Assembly (NCBI GenBank): GCA_043228905.1
Contig: JBHGNT010000005.1
Coordinates: 11,098,001 to 11,162,000, forward strand
Source of the DNA: Azolla caroliniana
Taxonomy: Eukaryota > Plantae > Polypodiophyta
DNA: 64,000 bases
Direction: 5' to 3'
Below, piece by piece: positions 25,997 to 39,300 of the stretch. The translations under genes and the position numbers were made by a program. The notes below the pieces were generated by a model that did not search any database, had not been told where the DNA came from, and saw only the letters and a program-made list of their open reading frames with translations. Numbering within the stretch: position 1 is the first letter of the stretch; each line of letters begins with the position of its first letter.

Positions 25997-28900
25997 ATGG
26001 CCTTCTCCAACCCACGCTTTAATGGCAAAACAGATGCCGCAAGCCACATCCGGCTATTCCTGAATGTTTGGAACGCGAATCATATGGCGCAACGATTTCC
26101 AGAAGAGGAAGCGCACCAGTCAAAAATGACAGAGTTTGGTTTAACTCTAGATGGTAGAGCCGCATTTTGGCATTCATAGATGGATCTACCAGCAATCCAC
26201 ACCTTCGAACACTTGTAGTAAGCATTTTTGCGATTTTTTCATCGGAGGGTACCTCAACGCGAAATCATCGGGCAGTTCTACACAATCAAGCAACTGCCAA
26301 CAGAATTGGTCACGGATTTTAGTTTACACTTCCAAAATCTACGAACGAAATTAGAATGGGCACCGACAAATGACGAGGCTAGAGAGACGTTTTTGGTAGC
26401 CCTGCGGCGGCCTATCAGGACGACGCTCAACAGACGTATTGTGAAAGGGGAAACAGCCGACATGGTCATCGAGCGAGCATTACAGCTTGAGTTGGACGAA
26501 GAGGAGGAAGGATTTTTTCTATCCTTATTACGACAAGTGTTGCCTCAGGATGAGGAATGCCACTTTCGTTAGGCTATTCAGTGCAGGATTTGCCTCAATT
26601 CTGGGCATTCCGCGGTGGAATGCAATATGGGAATTCATTGCCCAATTTGTCACTCAAAGGCTCACACAGTCGAGCAATGTGAGTACAATATGCTGAAGAG
26701 ACCTACGCCCACAGTACGACGTGTAGAACCACAACGACCACCTCGCCGAACTGATCCAGGGCACCAAGAGGAACGACCCCGATATACGGATCGGAATCCA
26801 CGCGATGATCGGCACTACCGTAATCACCGGAATAACAACGATTCCGATGAAGAGGGGCCGAAGGAAGAAGAATATCGGGGCAACCACCGGTATAATAAAG
26901 GAGGGCGTCGTTGCAACAACCACCGTTCAACGAATAAGCGTGGTGGATTCAATGGGCCGCACTCACAAGGAAAGCATCGATAGTATAGGAACCAACGGCG
27001 TTACGACGAGAGTTCGGAGGATGACCAGCGCCAGGAGTCACGCAGGGACCAACCGCAAACACCCCAGCATTCCACGAGAATGCAACAAGACCAGGAGGAG
27101 CCAGCGACGCTTGGGGATAGGAATTTGCCACCAGTTGGAGAGAAAGGAGAGTCCTGTGTACATTGTTTCATCTACCAACAACCCGGACATTACGCAACTC
27201 AATGTCCACTACGCAAGGGCAAAGGACAAGCCGTAAATACGATTACAACAGAAGTTCAGTTGGTCACGACATGGCAATAAACAAAGAATGAAGACTGGGT
27301 TGCACAAGATGAGGTATGCAAATCGGCCCAAACATGGGTAGAAAAAGCAAATGTGGCCAATACGACGCGTATGCAGCAAGAGTCCGCAACCAATGTTGGG
27401 CCAATAGAAGACAACATAATATCCTCGGACCCCATATGGCAAGCACTGACAGGCTGCGAAATAACCCACACAATGGAAAAACTCCTTCAACTAGTTCCAC
27501 GATTTCGGCAGGCCGTAGAAGATCGCATAACAAGCAGGCCTGGTATAAACGTCTTAACAAATCTTACCGAAACTAGCACCAGACCAACAATGGTGGATCA
27601 CCACAATCTAGCCATTAAACTAGTACTACACGGGCAAGAAATAACAGGCTGTATAATTGACGGGGGCTTGGGCGTTAATGTGATTAGTGCAAAGACGTGT
27701 GAAAAGTTAGGAATTTCGGAATGGGAAGCTTGCCCCTTTTGTGCTTCGCATGGCGAATACCCGATCTATCAGACCCTTAGTGTTAATCCGGAAACTATGC
27801 ATCACCATTGGCGGTCACCGCTTTGGCATCTCGGCGGTAGTACTCGCACTTGACGCTCCGGGAGCGTACCCAATACTACTTGGCAGACCTTGGCTTCATT
27901 CGGCTAACATCAAACAGAGATGGCAACATAATTGTATTAGTTTCCAACGAGGGCGCAACAAAGTTTGCATACCCACCGAAGAAATGACAACGCAACCCAA
28001 AGGAATGACACCATTATACGTGGGAGACATAAATATGCTAGAAGGAGTGGATGATACAGAGCTGGAAGCATACCTGGATGAGCACCCGCGAATCATCCCA
28101 CTATTTGAAATTGACGTGATAGAAACCACAGCGGAATACGCTACTTTCCCTACACTTCACGAAGAAGCTTATGAAGCGGACCCAGAGTCGATAATGGAAT
28201 TAAACTAAGCACGGGCCTCGTTCGAAAAAGAAATGGAAATTTTACGACGAGTCACTGCCTCAGCGTTGGAAGAAGTTAACGTAGGAACGATGGCGGATCC
28301 CCGATTACTCTCCATGACAAAAGACTTACTACCAAGTCAGAAAGAGGCGATGTTAGCCTTGCTCAAGGAATATAAAGATGTGTTCGCATGATCCCAGGAA
28401 GACATGAAGGGATTAAATCCAAAGATCTACCAACATAAGATCAATTTAGCTACCGACGCGAAACCTGTTCAGCAGCGTCAATACCGAATGAACCCGAATT
28501 ACGTGGCTCTCGTAAAAGAAGAAATTGACAAACTTCTTAAGGTTGGGTTCATTCGACCGGTCAAGCAAGCTACGTGGTTGAGTCCGATGGTCGTAGTTCC
28601 GAAGAAAAATGGAAAAATCCGCGTTTGCATAGATTATCGGAAACTGAACGTCGTAACTATTATAGATGCGTTTCCCTTACATTTCACCGACAACGTACTG
28701 GACGCAGTTGCAGGGCATGACATGTATAGTTTTCTAGACGGCTTTAGTGGATACAATCACGTACGCATGCGTCCTAACGACCAAGAGAAGATGGCGTTTG
28801 TCACCGACTGGGGAGTTTATGTCGTGGTAGTAATGATGTTCGAGTTAAAGACGGCGCTTGCTACATTCCAACGGACAATTACGGATATTTTTCGGGATTA

Positions 28901-31121
28901 CATACCCACCTTCATGCAATCTTTCTAGACGATTTCGCGGTGTATGGGACAATAGCCGACCATCTAAGTCATTTACGACTGTGTCTGGAGCCCTGCCAGG
29001 CTGCATACTTAAGCCTGAATCCAGCCAAATGCGCGTTTGGCGTCACAAGCGGAGCACTCCTCGGCCACATCGTCAGCAAGGAGGGGATAGCGGTGCATCC
29101 TAATAAAATTTCCGCGATCATTCAAGCAAAAACACCGACAACTGCCAAAGCAGTCAGCCGTTTCCTGGGACAAATACGATGCAATAGTTGTATGTTACGA
29201 TATTTGGCGGATTTCACCACGCCGTTCCATGCCGTCGTCCACCGTACACCTTTCAATTGGATGACAACTAAAGAAAAAGCGTACGATGCGCTTAAGATAA
29301 TGCTGACTCAAGCACCAGTCGTACAACCACTAGATTGGGGGAAACCATTTCATGTTTTTGTAGTCGCCTCAGACATAGCAATAGGTAGTGCGTTGATGCA
29401 GCTCACGGAGCTGAATTGGTATAGACCGGTGTATTAGGCCACTCGGAAGCTATCAAAGGCGGACCGTAACTACTCCACAACGGAACGAGAAGCGTTGGGG
29501 ATGATGTACAACATCAATAAATTCTGACAGTATCTACTGGGACGGAAATTTTTGTTTCACGTAGACCATACAGTGTTGCTATACCTGGTGGGGAAGGAGG
29601 CGCTAACAGGAAAATTGGCTAGATGGATGTTGTTGCTCTAGGAGTTCAACTTTGTTATACAGCATTGACCTGGTACGCAACACGCCGTAGCGGATTTCTT
29701 AAGCAGGATAGATAATGGAGAAATGGTGTGGAAAGATGACAACGACTTTCCTGATGCAGACATCTTGCGGATCGCAACTATAATGACACGTACGGAAAAA
29801 TCTTTTCCATATCGTTGGTTGATGGAGATGACATTCTTTCTGACCATAGGTTTACCACCGCCGCAATTAAGGACAGACGAAAAGACACGATTGGCCGTCC
29901 GAAGTTGTAACTTCTCTCTAGTCGACGGGGTCCTATATCACAAAGACAACGACGAATTTGGCAAAGCGGAATACGCCAGGATGAGAAGTGGTTTTACATG
30001 AAGCTCACTGTGGTACGGTAGGAGGACACTACGCAAGCAATGTTGCGGCTCGTAAAGTCTGGCAAGCCGGCCTATGGTGGCCGACTACGCAAAGGGATGC
30101 CTATGAATATTGCAAACAATGTGATTTGTGTTAATGGATGGGTCAGCCCACGGAGGTCACAAGGATGCCACATCAACCAATGTTGCCATTGGATCCATTC
30201 CAAAAATGGGGACTCGATTTTGTGGGGTCGTTTACACCGACGACAACTCAGACTGGCAATAAATATATACTCGTGGCTACTGATTATTGCACCAAGTTGG
30301 TGGAAGCGAAGGCACTACGATAAAATACCGCAGTAGTAACGACAAAATTTCTGTATGAACACATCTAGTGTCATTTTGGCTGCCCCATCGAGCTCATTAG
30401 CGACCAAGGGAGCCACTTTCTAAATTCCGTCATTCGGGAGCTGACATAACACTATGCCGTTGTCCAGAAGAAGAGCATGCCGTATTATCCGTAGGCGAAT
30501 GTTTTAGCAGAGTCCACGAACAAAACGTTACAAACCATACTAAAAAAGATCATCAATGAGAACAGAACAAACTAGGATACCAAATTACATAGTGTGTTAT
30601 GGGCTTACTGGACCAGCTATAAGACCAACATACAATCCATACCTTTTTGGCTAGCGTTCGGGCGGGAGGTCGTAATGTCAGTCGAATTTCAGGTACCTAG
30701 TCTATGGATTCAAGTATGAGACCGGCTGTCAGAAGACAAATCTGAACAAATATGGCTAAACCAACTGCTCGAACTAGGCGAGACACGATTACGAAGCATG
30801 GCCATACTGGAATAAGAGCAGTGTCGGCGTAAAGCATTCATGGACCGGCATCGAAATGCGCGGGAAAAAGATTTTGTTGTCGGCAAAGCAGTCTTAATCT
30901 TTCAAACACGGATGGGGCAAATGCCAGGAAAATTAAGATTCCGTTGGACGGGGCCATACTGGATGGTGGGCACGAAAAACGACACATTTCAACTAGGCAC
31001 CTTGGCCGGAGAAGTGTTACGCCAAAAGGTGAATGGGTTTCAACTAAAACCCTACCTAGGACCGGTGCCTCCAAACCCGTTCCACGTCGTAAACGACATG
31101 ACCGAAGAATCCGCAGATTAA
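25997..31121 (+). pseudogene. gag-pol: gag-pol of element D
   Basis: Three CCHC-like knuckles, IIDGG protease, SFLDGFSGYN and FLDD RT, ASDIAIG RNase [11 protein letters not shown] integrase, RWTGPY. Confidence 0.92.
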
Positions 31122-31235
31122 TTAATAAAAAGGGACCCACCTGTATTATAATGTAACAGTACTATTGTATGTAACCGTTATTAAAAGGACTTGATTCATG
31201 CACAAACTTCTAGAGCAAGAACACGCAACACCACG

Positions 31236-34070
31236 ATGGCTCACAGACCAATGAACCCTAGGCCACAAAAAGAAGAAAATAGAAGGTTTTCTGCATAGTA
31301 CAGAAACCACTCTTCAACCTCTAACCCTCCTCGCTCTCGTCGCTCTCCTCACTCACCTTACTCCCCATCCTACCACAGAACCTACATTCACCATAGCCAG
31401 TAAACCTCACCCACTACCCACGAGTCTCAACCACCTACGATGCCGATCACTATTTCTGTCGCCTTGCGTAGATGGCTCCTTGAAAAGAGCCCGGATAGAT
31501 ACATCAAAGTCGTCGAGGCACTTGCTCAACCTGAAGCCCTGGAAATTGCCAAGAAGCTCAATATAGATACGGTCACCAATGCTACCATCCAGAAGAAGCT
31601 TGACTTATCATCGCTTGGAGAAAAACATTTCGACATCCCTCATGCGGAAACCTTGTAGAGATATTTCAGAGCATATTCAGTGTTTGCCAAAGCATACAGG
31701 ATGAAGGAACTCCCCGCCCCCTTCTTTTGAGAAATAGCCAAGTTCTTGCTGGAGGTAGGATGTGTACATGTAAATGCCTATGGGATCCCAAAGCAGAAGG
31801 CAGGCATCATCATTGATACCTTTGAAGGGCATGCGGTCGATTGGGGGGTAATTATGGGACCAGCATTACAGGAACGCCTGATGATACTATTTCCACCCCG
31901 AGGTCTGCCCGCACCACAACCCAACAAACCCATGCCGCCGCCACGTTACGCGAAACGAAGGTTAGCGGAGTTGGCTACCATGGAATGAGAAGATGAACCA
32001 TAACCTTCCCAGCCCAGCACGCGGACAACATAGGGAGAACGGCCAATGAGCAGGTAGGAAGCTCCACAGGAGCAGGAAGCCGGGCAACGCCAAGAAAGCC
32101 CGAGGCCGAAACGGCATAGGCTGGACATGAAAGATGGACGCGGACTAGTCAAAGACACAACCGTGGACAAAGACACAATCGCGAAAACAGACACGACTGC
32201 CTTGGTTGACAGTTCCGCAACTACGGAACCGAAGACCACTTTCGAAATAATCCGGGAACCACGACCGATCATTACGGCCCAGTCACAGCGAGGGAAAGGC
32301 GTACTCATAGCGGAAAGCAAAGTCCTAAAGTACCTGGACATCCCGGATATAACCCATGAGTTCGGTGCACTACTACAATTTGGAACAACTTACGAACTCA
32401 TGGAATTTTTGGCAACGCAACAAATCAAGGTATCCTAGAGAATGGCGGAGGAGCACGCAAGAAAATAGATGATTGAGCGAGCGCTCACACAAATAACGGA
32501 AAGTGAGGATGAAGGGCCCCTAGTCAAGGTAGGCAGGCAACAAAATGCAGGGATTCAGTGTATGGGCATCGAACTACCTCCATTGAATGCGGCCCTAGTC
32601 GAGGTACATCGGGAATTGGCTAGAGAGTGTATGGGGGCCAAAGATATGGCTAACAAGAATAAAAACGTGTCGAAAATAGTCAAGATGACTCAAGCCCAAT
32701 TATACCATGCCCAAGACGCATTACGGAGCTCGAATAGAGCGTCACTAGGGCGCCGCAAAATCCCGAACCAGCAACGGGTGAGGACCTCTCGGTAACCCTA
32801 CAAGAGGAGATTGCCACACAACAGGCCATCGCTGCTAAAGCAAAAAGGGCTACACAGCTTGCAGAGTCCGAGATTGACCGCCTCCGCTCTGAACTCCGCC
32901 AATCTTCCGATAGAGAAAAGGACATCCGGGCCAAGGGCCCAAAAGCAGTGAAGGCACTCGAAGAGAAACTCGAAGCGGAGACAACAACACACACCAGCAC
33001 GAAAGAAGAAAACACCAAACTACGGGAGGAAGCCCAAAAGTCGAAAGCGGCGATTGTAGGACTCCAGGCATTATTGGAAAAGAGGAAAACATGGTACGAC
33101 GAGCAGCTCGTACGAGAATAGGAGGTGAGGCATCAGGTCGAAATCCGCCTGAACAATGAAATGGGCCGGCTGGAGCAATTACACTCGAAGGAAACTCAGA
33201 TATGGGTAGGAATGAAGAACAATTATGAGGAAGCGGTTGCGGTTAGTAAGCAAGAAATCGAAAACCTCAAAAAAACCCTAGAAGAAGCGCAAAACCGCTG
33301 CCAAGTAATAACCGACAACGTGAGCATACTTCGTCAAACAAATCGGGAGAGGTTTACGGCGCAATTACAAGCAACGCTAGACAAAGGTTGGATGGTGTGG
33401 GCAACACAAGCGGCAGAGTTGCATACCTACTGAGTGGACTGGGAGAACCGTAGGAAAAAAGGCCGAGGAAGGCATTGCGGCAGTACGGGAGGACCTAGCA
33501 TAGGATTATCACACGCTAGCGGACCAACATTCCGAGGAACTCGCGCAGCTACTCCACGATTTCGACGAAAGTCATGAGGATATTTTTCACCGAATCATGG
33601 AAATAGGCAGCACACGGCAAAGTGCGGAACACATCGCGATACCAAAAAGTGATACCGCCGAACAGTAGGAACCTTAGCCCAATTCACCGGAGATTACAAC
33701 TACGGCAAGCAGCACGTGGCAAAGAGTGAAGCCCATCGCGATACCGGAAGGTGATACCGCCGAACAGGAGGAACTTCGGCCCAAATCACTAGAGAGGACA
33801 ACTACGGCCAACAACACTGAGGAAGTTACGAACAGGACAGAGCCTCAGCCTACTGAGAGCCCACAAACACAACAGCTAGCCACAGTAGAACGGAATGAGC
33901 CAGTAGACCTGGGTCCGCCCACGCAGGGAGAAGTTGACGCCATGGAAAACCCCACCGAGCAAGTACAAGACATGCAACCGCGCAACGACGTGCCTACGGG
34001 CACTACACCTTCCCCAGACCGGTACGTAGGAGTGGAGCCAAACATCCGGGATATTTTGGAGGAAGAATAG
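31236..34070 (+). pseudogene. Accessory 3' ORF (sense orientation), disrupted
   Basis: Fragments 31440-31658, 31746-31988, 32127-32438, 32469-32795, 33125-33433 and 33726-34070; homologous to 13358-16340. Confidence 0.8.
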
Positions 34071-34075
34071 AGGGA

Positions 34076-34115
34076 TGGGTTCGACGTGCCATGGCACTGT
34101 CCCACAGGCGTGCCA
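34076..34115 (+). promoter_or_regulatory. Bipartite tRNA-Arg(UCU)-like sequence replacing the PPT
   Basis: TGGGTTCGA-cgtgccatggcact-GTCCCACAGGCGTGCCA-gg-TGTTG(LTR). Confidence 0.82.
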
Positions 34116-34117
34116 GG

Positions 34118-34560
34118 TGTTGTCCGCCGGAATCGTAACCGACAGACAGAAGCGCAGAAACATTATAATATAGTAAAGCATGAAGAAACACATGTAACAG
34201 TTCATGCAGGAAGCGTGAACGCCTAAAAACCCTGTGTATATAAAGGGCAGAAATCCTCTGTAAGAGGTAGCGTGTAATTTTGGGATACAGAGCGTTTTTC
34301 TAATAGAATACTATCATCTCTGATCTCTGTGCATATCTGTGGTTTTCTCTACTGTGTTCTTTGTTTCTCTGTTGCGTACTGTTAATCGTAAGGGTGTAGG
34401 CGTAAGTGCGAATACTAGTGCCATCTCCCTTATACGCTACTAGGATACGAGGGAGTATCCCATTACAATTCACGGTACGAAGGTTCTATTCCTTGTAACA
34501 CAATCACCTTGAGGTCTACGTCGAAGGACTGAGCGTAGACAGTGTTCCTAATCGTTAACA
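34118..34560 (+). repeat. 3' LTR of element D (443 bp)
   Basis: Its 3' part matches 25446-25717; TATATAAAG near 34236. Confidence 0.92.
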
Positions 34561-35928
34561 CCGGGCTAGAAGGAAAGCAGTTTTCCCTAGCAAGGGTAAA
34601 ATCAAGCTTGCTAGATGAAGAAGCTCGCCAGAAGGACCGGGAGTCCAGAACCAATCCGAAGGCCTTGGTCACTGAAGATGACCACAACTAGGGAAGAGGC
34701 TGGTATTGGAATCCCCAAAACTGGGACAAGTCGGGGACGAGGTCAAAGTCAAGGGGGAGACCTACTTGCTTCTAATGTGGGAAGCCGAGGCACTTCCTAA
34801 AGAACTGTCAACATTTCCAGAAAGAGAAAGGAACCGATAGTGCCGACTCGGAGAAGGGTTCGAACCGGAAATGGTCGGATTGGAAGGGAACGTCGGCAAT
34901 ATCGACAAGTAAAGAAGAACTGATGCTCATTACCGAAGAGAATGAGTTAAACCTTGTCGGCGACGAGATAACGTGGGTTGTCGATTCCGGAGGATCGTTT
35001 CACCTTACACCGGATCAGAGATTCTTCTCATCCTACATAGTTGGAGATCACGGTTGTGTCCGGATGGGGAATGAAGGGACATGCCGAATTATCGGCATAA
35101 GAGATGTGTTGTTGACGACATCAACTAGATGCAAGTTGTTGTTGAAGGATCTCCGACACGTTCCGGAGGTTCGACTGAACTTGATATCAACCGAACGGCT
35201 ATATGATGAAGGCTATACAGGTAGCATCCAGAATGGAGTCATGAAGTTTAGCAAAGGTAGGCTAATAGTGGCTCGAGCACGGAAAGTCAACACATTGTAC
35301 TTGATGCCTGCCATCCAACACTGCTGGTGAGTTGTGGCACAAAAGGTTGTGTCACATGAGTGAGAAGGGGATGAAGAGGCTTGCTGAACACAACCTCATT
35401 CCGGTGAGGACGTACATCTTGAGAAGTGCACCGATTGCTTGGCTGGAAAGCAAAACCGAACCTCTTTCCAGTCAGGACCATCGATGAGATGGAATGCACC
35501 ACTAGAGCTGGTGCATACCGATGTGTGTCAAGTGGACACGAAGTCACATGCTGGATCGCAGTACTTCGCGACCTTCATAGATGACCACAGCCGGAAGCTG
35601 TGGGTCTCACCATTTAAGATGAAGGATCAACTGTTATCTGTCTTCAAGGAGCTCCACACGAGAGTGGAAAGAGAAACCGGCCGAAAGCTGAAGGCGATTC
35701 AAGTAGATAATGGAGGAGAATATTGCGGGCAATTTGAGGAGTACCGTCGGTCGAAAGGAATCTAGCTCGAATTTACCCTCCCGAAGATGTCGGAACTAAA
35801 CGGGTCGGCTGAAAGGATGAACCATACCATAATGGAGAGATTCTGGAGCATGCTCACACATGCCAAGTTACCCAATGTCGTGACTTGAGAATAGGAGAGC
35901 GAAAAATAAGATGACAGTAGAAGGTAGA

Positions 35929-35964
<36 letters not shown>

Positions 35965-36340
35965 GAGAGAGAGAAAGAACACTAGAGATGGAAAGAGAGT
36001 TTATATTATAAGAGAGCAAGGATTACAAAGAGTAGGCTAAGGGGATACAAACTGGTGTTGAACCGAATGAGTTGTGATGAATGAATAGACACCTATTTAT
36101 AGGTCCTTATGGAGTATTCTGGAATGTTCTAGAATATTTTAGATATTTATGATATTTAATATAATTATGGAATATCCTAGAATGTTCTAGAATGTTCTAG
36201 AATACTCTAAATGTCTTGTAATAACTAATAATACATTTATTATAACTATACATCATATATGTTACTATAATGGTTAAAGGTCTAACATATAGACCAAGAC
36301 GTCTTGAGCTCGAATCCTTGTAAGGCCAAAATGTATGTCG

Positions 36341-39300
36341 TCATGACATTATCCCCCCTTTTTGACGATGAATTCCACGAGTCGGAAGACAAGATTTCGG
36401 ACTTGGCTTATGAGGATATTTGTTGTGAAATGCAGCAACCATTTCGGAGGCATTAGCAAGATTCTCAAGGGGTTCCCATGTTCGATCATTAGGTGTATAA
36501 CCTAACCAGTCAACCAAATAATACAGTTTGTTGCGAACGATCTTGGAGTCGAGAATGGCAACAACTTCATATTTGGAGCCATCCGAAATTTCGATTGGAG
36601 GTGGGGGAGATGTAAGACGGCCTGGAATAGAGCTGGTTGTGTACGGCTCCAAAAGTGAAACATGGAAGACCGGGTGAAGATGCATATGAGGGGGAAGATC
36701 AAGGCGAAATGCCACATCATTGATCTTACCAGATATCACATATGGGCCAAAATGTTGATAATCCAATTTGCAGCAAGGTCGGGTTGTTTTAATGCGACCT
36801 TGTAAAAGCCATACTCGATCCCCCACTTGAGACGTAGTCGATGAATCACGTCGATGACGGTCGGCAACCTTCTTTTGAGTGTTTTGAGCATCACATAAAT
36901 GGTGCAAAAGGATATCTTGAACTTCTTGGAGTCGGGTGAGCCGATCTTCAGCAGCTGTGTTTGTCGGGAGTTCGGGATGTTCAAGCATAGTCCAACGAGG
37001 ATGGTACCCAATGTTTGCAAAAAATGGGAAATATCCAGTAGAAGAATGTTCTGAGTTGTTGTAAGCAAATTCCGCCAAATGTAATAGATCAACCCAATCA
37101 TCTTGTTGATAGTTGACAAAACAACGAAGATATTGTTCTACTGTTTGGTTGGTGCGCTCACTCTGTCCGTTAGTTTCTGGATGGTAGCTGGAAGAGAGTT
37201 TGCAAGAAGTATGTAAGAGTTTGAACATGTGCCGCCAAAATTTTGAGATGAACTGGGGACCCCGATCACTGATAATATCATCAGGAAGACCATGATGCCG
37301 AAACACCTCTCGCATGAGTAACTCGGCTGTCTCTTGGCTCGTAATGGCCTTTGTGCAGGGAAGAAAATGTGCCATCATGGTAAAACGATCTACTACCATG
37401 AGAATAGAATCAAAACCCTTGGAAGGTGGTAGATCCGTAATGAAGTCCAATGAAATAGATTTCCATGGACTCTCAAGAATAGGCATTGGCTGTAATAAGC
37501 CATATGGATGATGTCGAGGTTTTTTGGATCGGCAACATGTATCACAACTACGAACATAATCCGTAACAAAATGGCGAAGTTGTGGCCACCAATACCTTCG
37601 AGAAATTAACGCCAAAGTCTTGTGGATGCCAAAATGTCCAGCCATTGGTGTATCATGACATTGTTGCAAGACTTGGAGTCGAGAAGGACCATCAGGCACA
37701 TATAAGAGATTTTGTCGAAAAAGTAAACCATCATGCCAATTGAACTGGTTGTAGTCTTGACGAGGATTTTGAGATTGTGAACAAGAAGCACGATCTGGGA
37801 TAATATGGCTCAGAATATCTTGGGCGAATTCATCAGTCTCAATATGCTCCCGAATGGAGTTTAGAAGACTTGAATCCTCGGGTGTGTCTATAGCATGAAA
37901 AGTCATTAGTCGTAGACGGTCAGGACCCAAGAGGATTTGCTTCTGACTTTCAAATGCAGCCTCTCCTGGTTGAAGTTCCATATATGAACGCTGAGATAAA
38001 GCATCTGCTTTGCCTTGTTGCCTCCCAGGGCGATATAGAATTACGAAATCAAAACGAGTTAAAAATTGCGCCCAACGAGCTTGTCGACGACTCAAGACTC
38101 GAGCACTTTGGAAGTACGTTAGATTTTTGTGATCATTATAGACAATTATTTGTTGAGAGAAACCCTCCAAAAAATGACACCATTGTTGAAAAGAATCCAC
38201 AATGGCAAGAAGCTCTTTGTCATGAATCTCATAGTTGATTTCTGCAGCTTCGAATTTCCGTGAATGAAAAGCCACAGGGTGCAGTTGGCCATCATTGCTA
38301 ATCTGGGATAATACGCTTCCTAGTGCGAAGTCAGATGCATCAGCTTCCAGTATAAAGCGCTTCAATGGATCAACATGCATCAAAATTGGTGCGGATGTAA
38401 ATGCTTGCTTTAATCCTTCAAATGCAGAGTTTGCATTTATACTCCACACAAATGGTTGATTCTTTTGTGTCACTTGAGTGAGGGGCAATACGATCTTTGA
38501 ATAATCTTTGATGAACTTGTGATAAAAGTTTGCGAACCCTAAAAAACATTGTACATCTCGCACAGACTGTGGTGTTTGCCAATCCAAAACTGTTTGAACC
38601 TTTGCTGGATCCATAGAGATGCCATGTGAAGAGACTATGTACCCCAAAAATTCCACTTGACGCTGGTCAAAGCTGCACTTCTCCAATTTTGCATAGAGAC
38701 CATATTCACGCAACCGTTGCAAAGCTTGTCGAACGTGTATATCATGATCCTCTTGAGTTTTTGAGTAGATCAAGATATCATCTAGGTAAATTATGACGAA
38801 AATATCGAGGAAATCTCGAAAAATATCATTCTCCATATGTTGGAAAACTGTTGGTGCATTCGTGAGACCAAATGGCATCACTGTATACTCAAAATGGCCA
38901 TAGCGAGTACGAAAAGCAGTCTTCCATTCATTCCCAGGACAAATTCGAACAAGATTGTAAGCACCTCGAAGATCTAACTTTGTGAAATACTTAGCTCCAT
39001 TGAGGCGTTCCAGAAGGCTCGAAATCAATGGTAGAGCATATCGGTTTCGAATAGTTACTTTATTCAATCCTCGATAATCCACGACCAGACGAAGCGAACC
39101 ATCTTTCTTCTTAACGAAAAATATGGGTGCACCGGCAGGAGATCTTGAATGCTGGATAAACCCATTCGCCAAGTTCTCATCAATATATTCCCGAAGAACC
39201 TCTAACTCTGTGGGTGAAAGGTTATAAATTGGCCCCCATGGAGGCTCTTTTCCGGGCTGCAAATCAATCGGGCAATCATATGGTCGATGCTCTGGTAGTC

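Larger units (their letters stand above)
25446..34560 (+). mobile_element. Non-chromovirus gypsy element D (Phygy/Selgy-like), near full length, degenerate
   Basis: Partial 5' LTR 25446-25717, PBS TGGCATGCCTAGGG at 25722-25735, gag-PR-RT-RH-INT order, extra 3' ORF, 3' LTR 34118-34560; no chromodomain and no archaeal-type RNase H seen. Confidence 0.92.

Noticed and set aside
29400-30000. Assignment to Tat/Ogre/Retand because of the Arg PBS and DGG protease
   Set aside because: No additional archaeal-type RNase H domain is visible; RNase H runs directly into the integrase region.
31236-34070. env gene or endogenous retrovirus-like envelope
   Set aside because: No hydrophobic transmembrane or signal segments; the protein is mostly charged coiled coil.
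34076-34115. A tRNA-Arg gene or tRNA-derived SINE
   Set aside because: Only the T-arm and 3' acceptor strand with encoded CCA are present, interrupted by a hairpin. There is no 5' half or A-box, and the position is fixed relative to the LTR.
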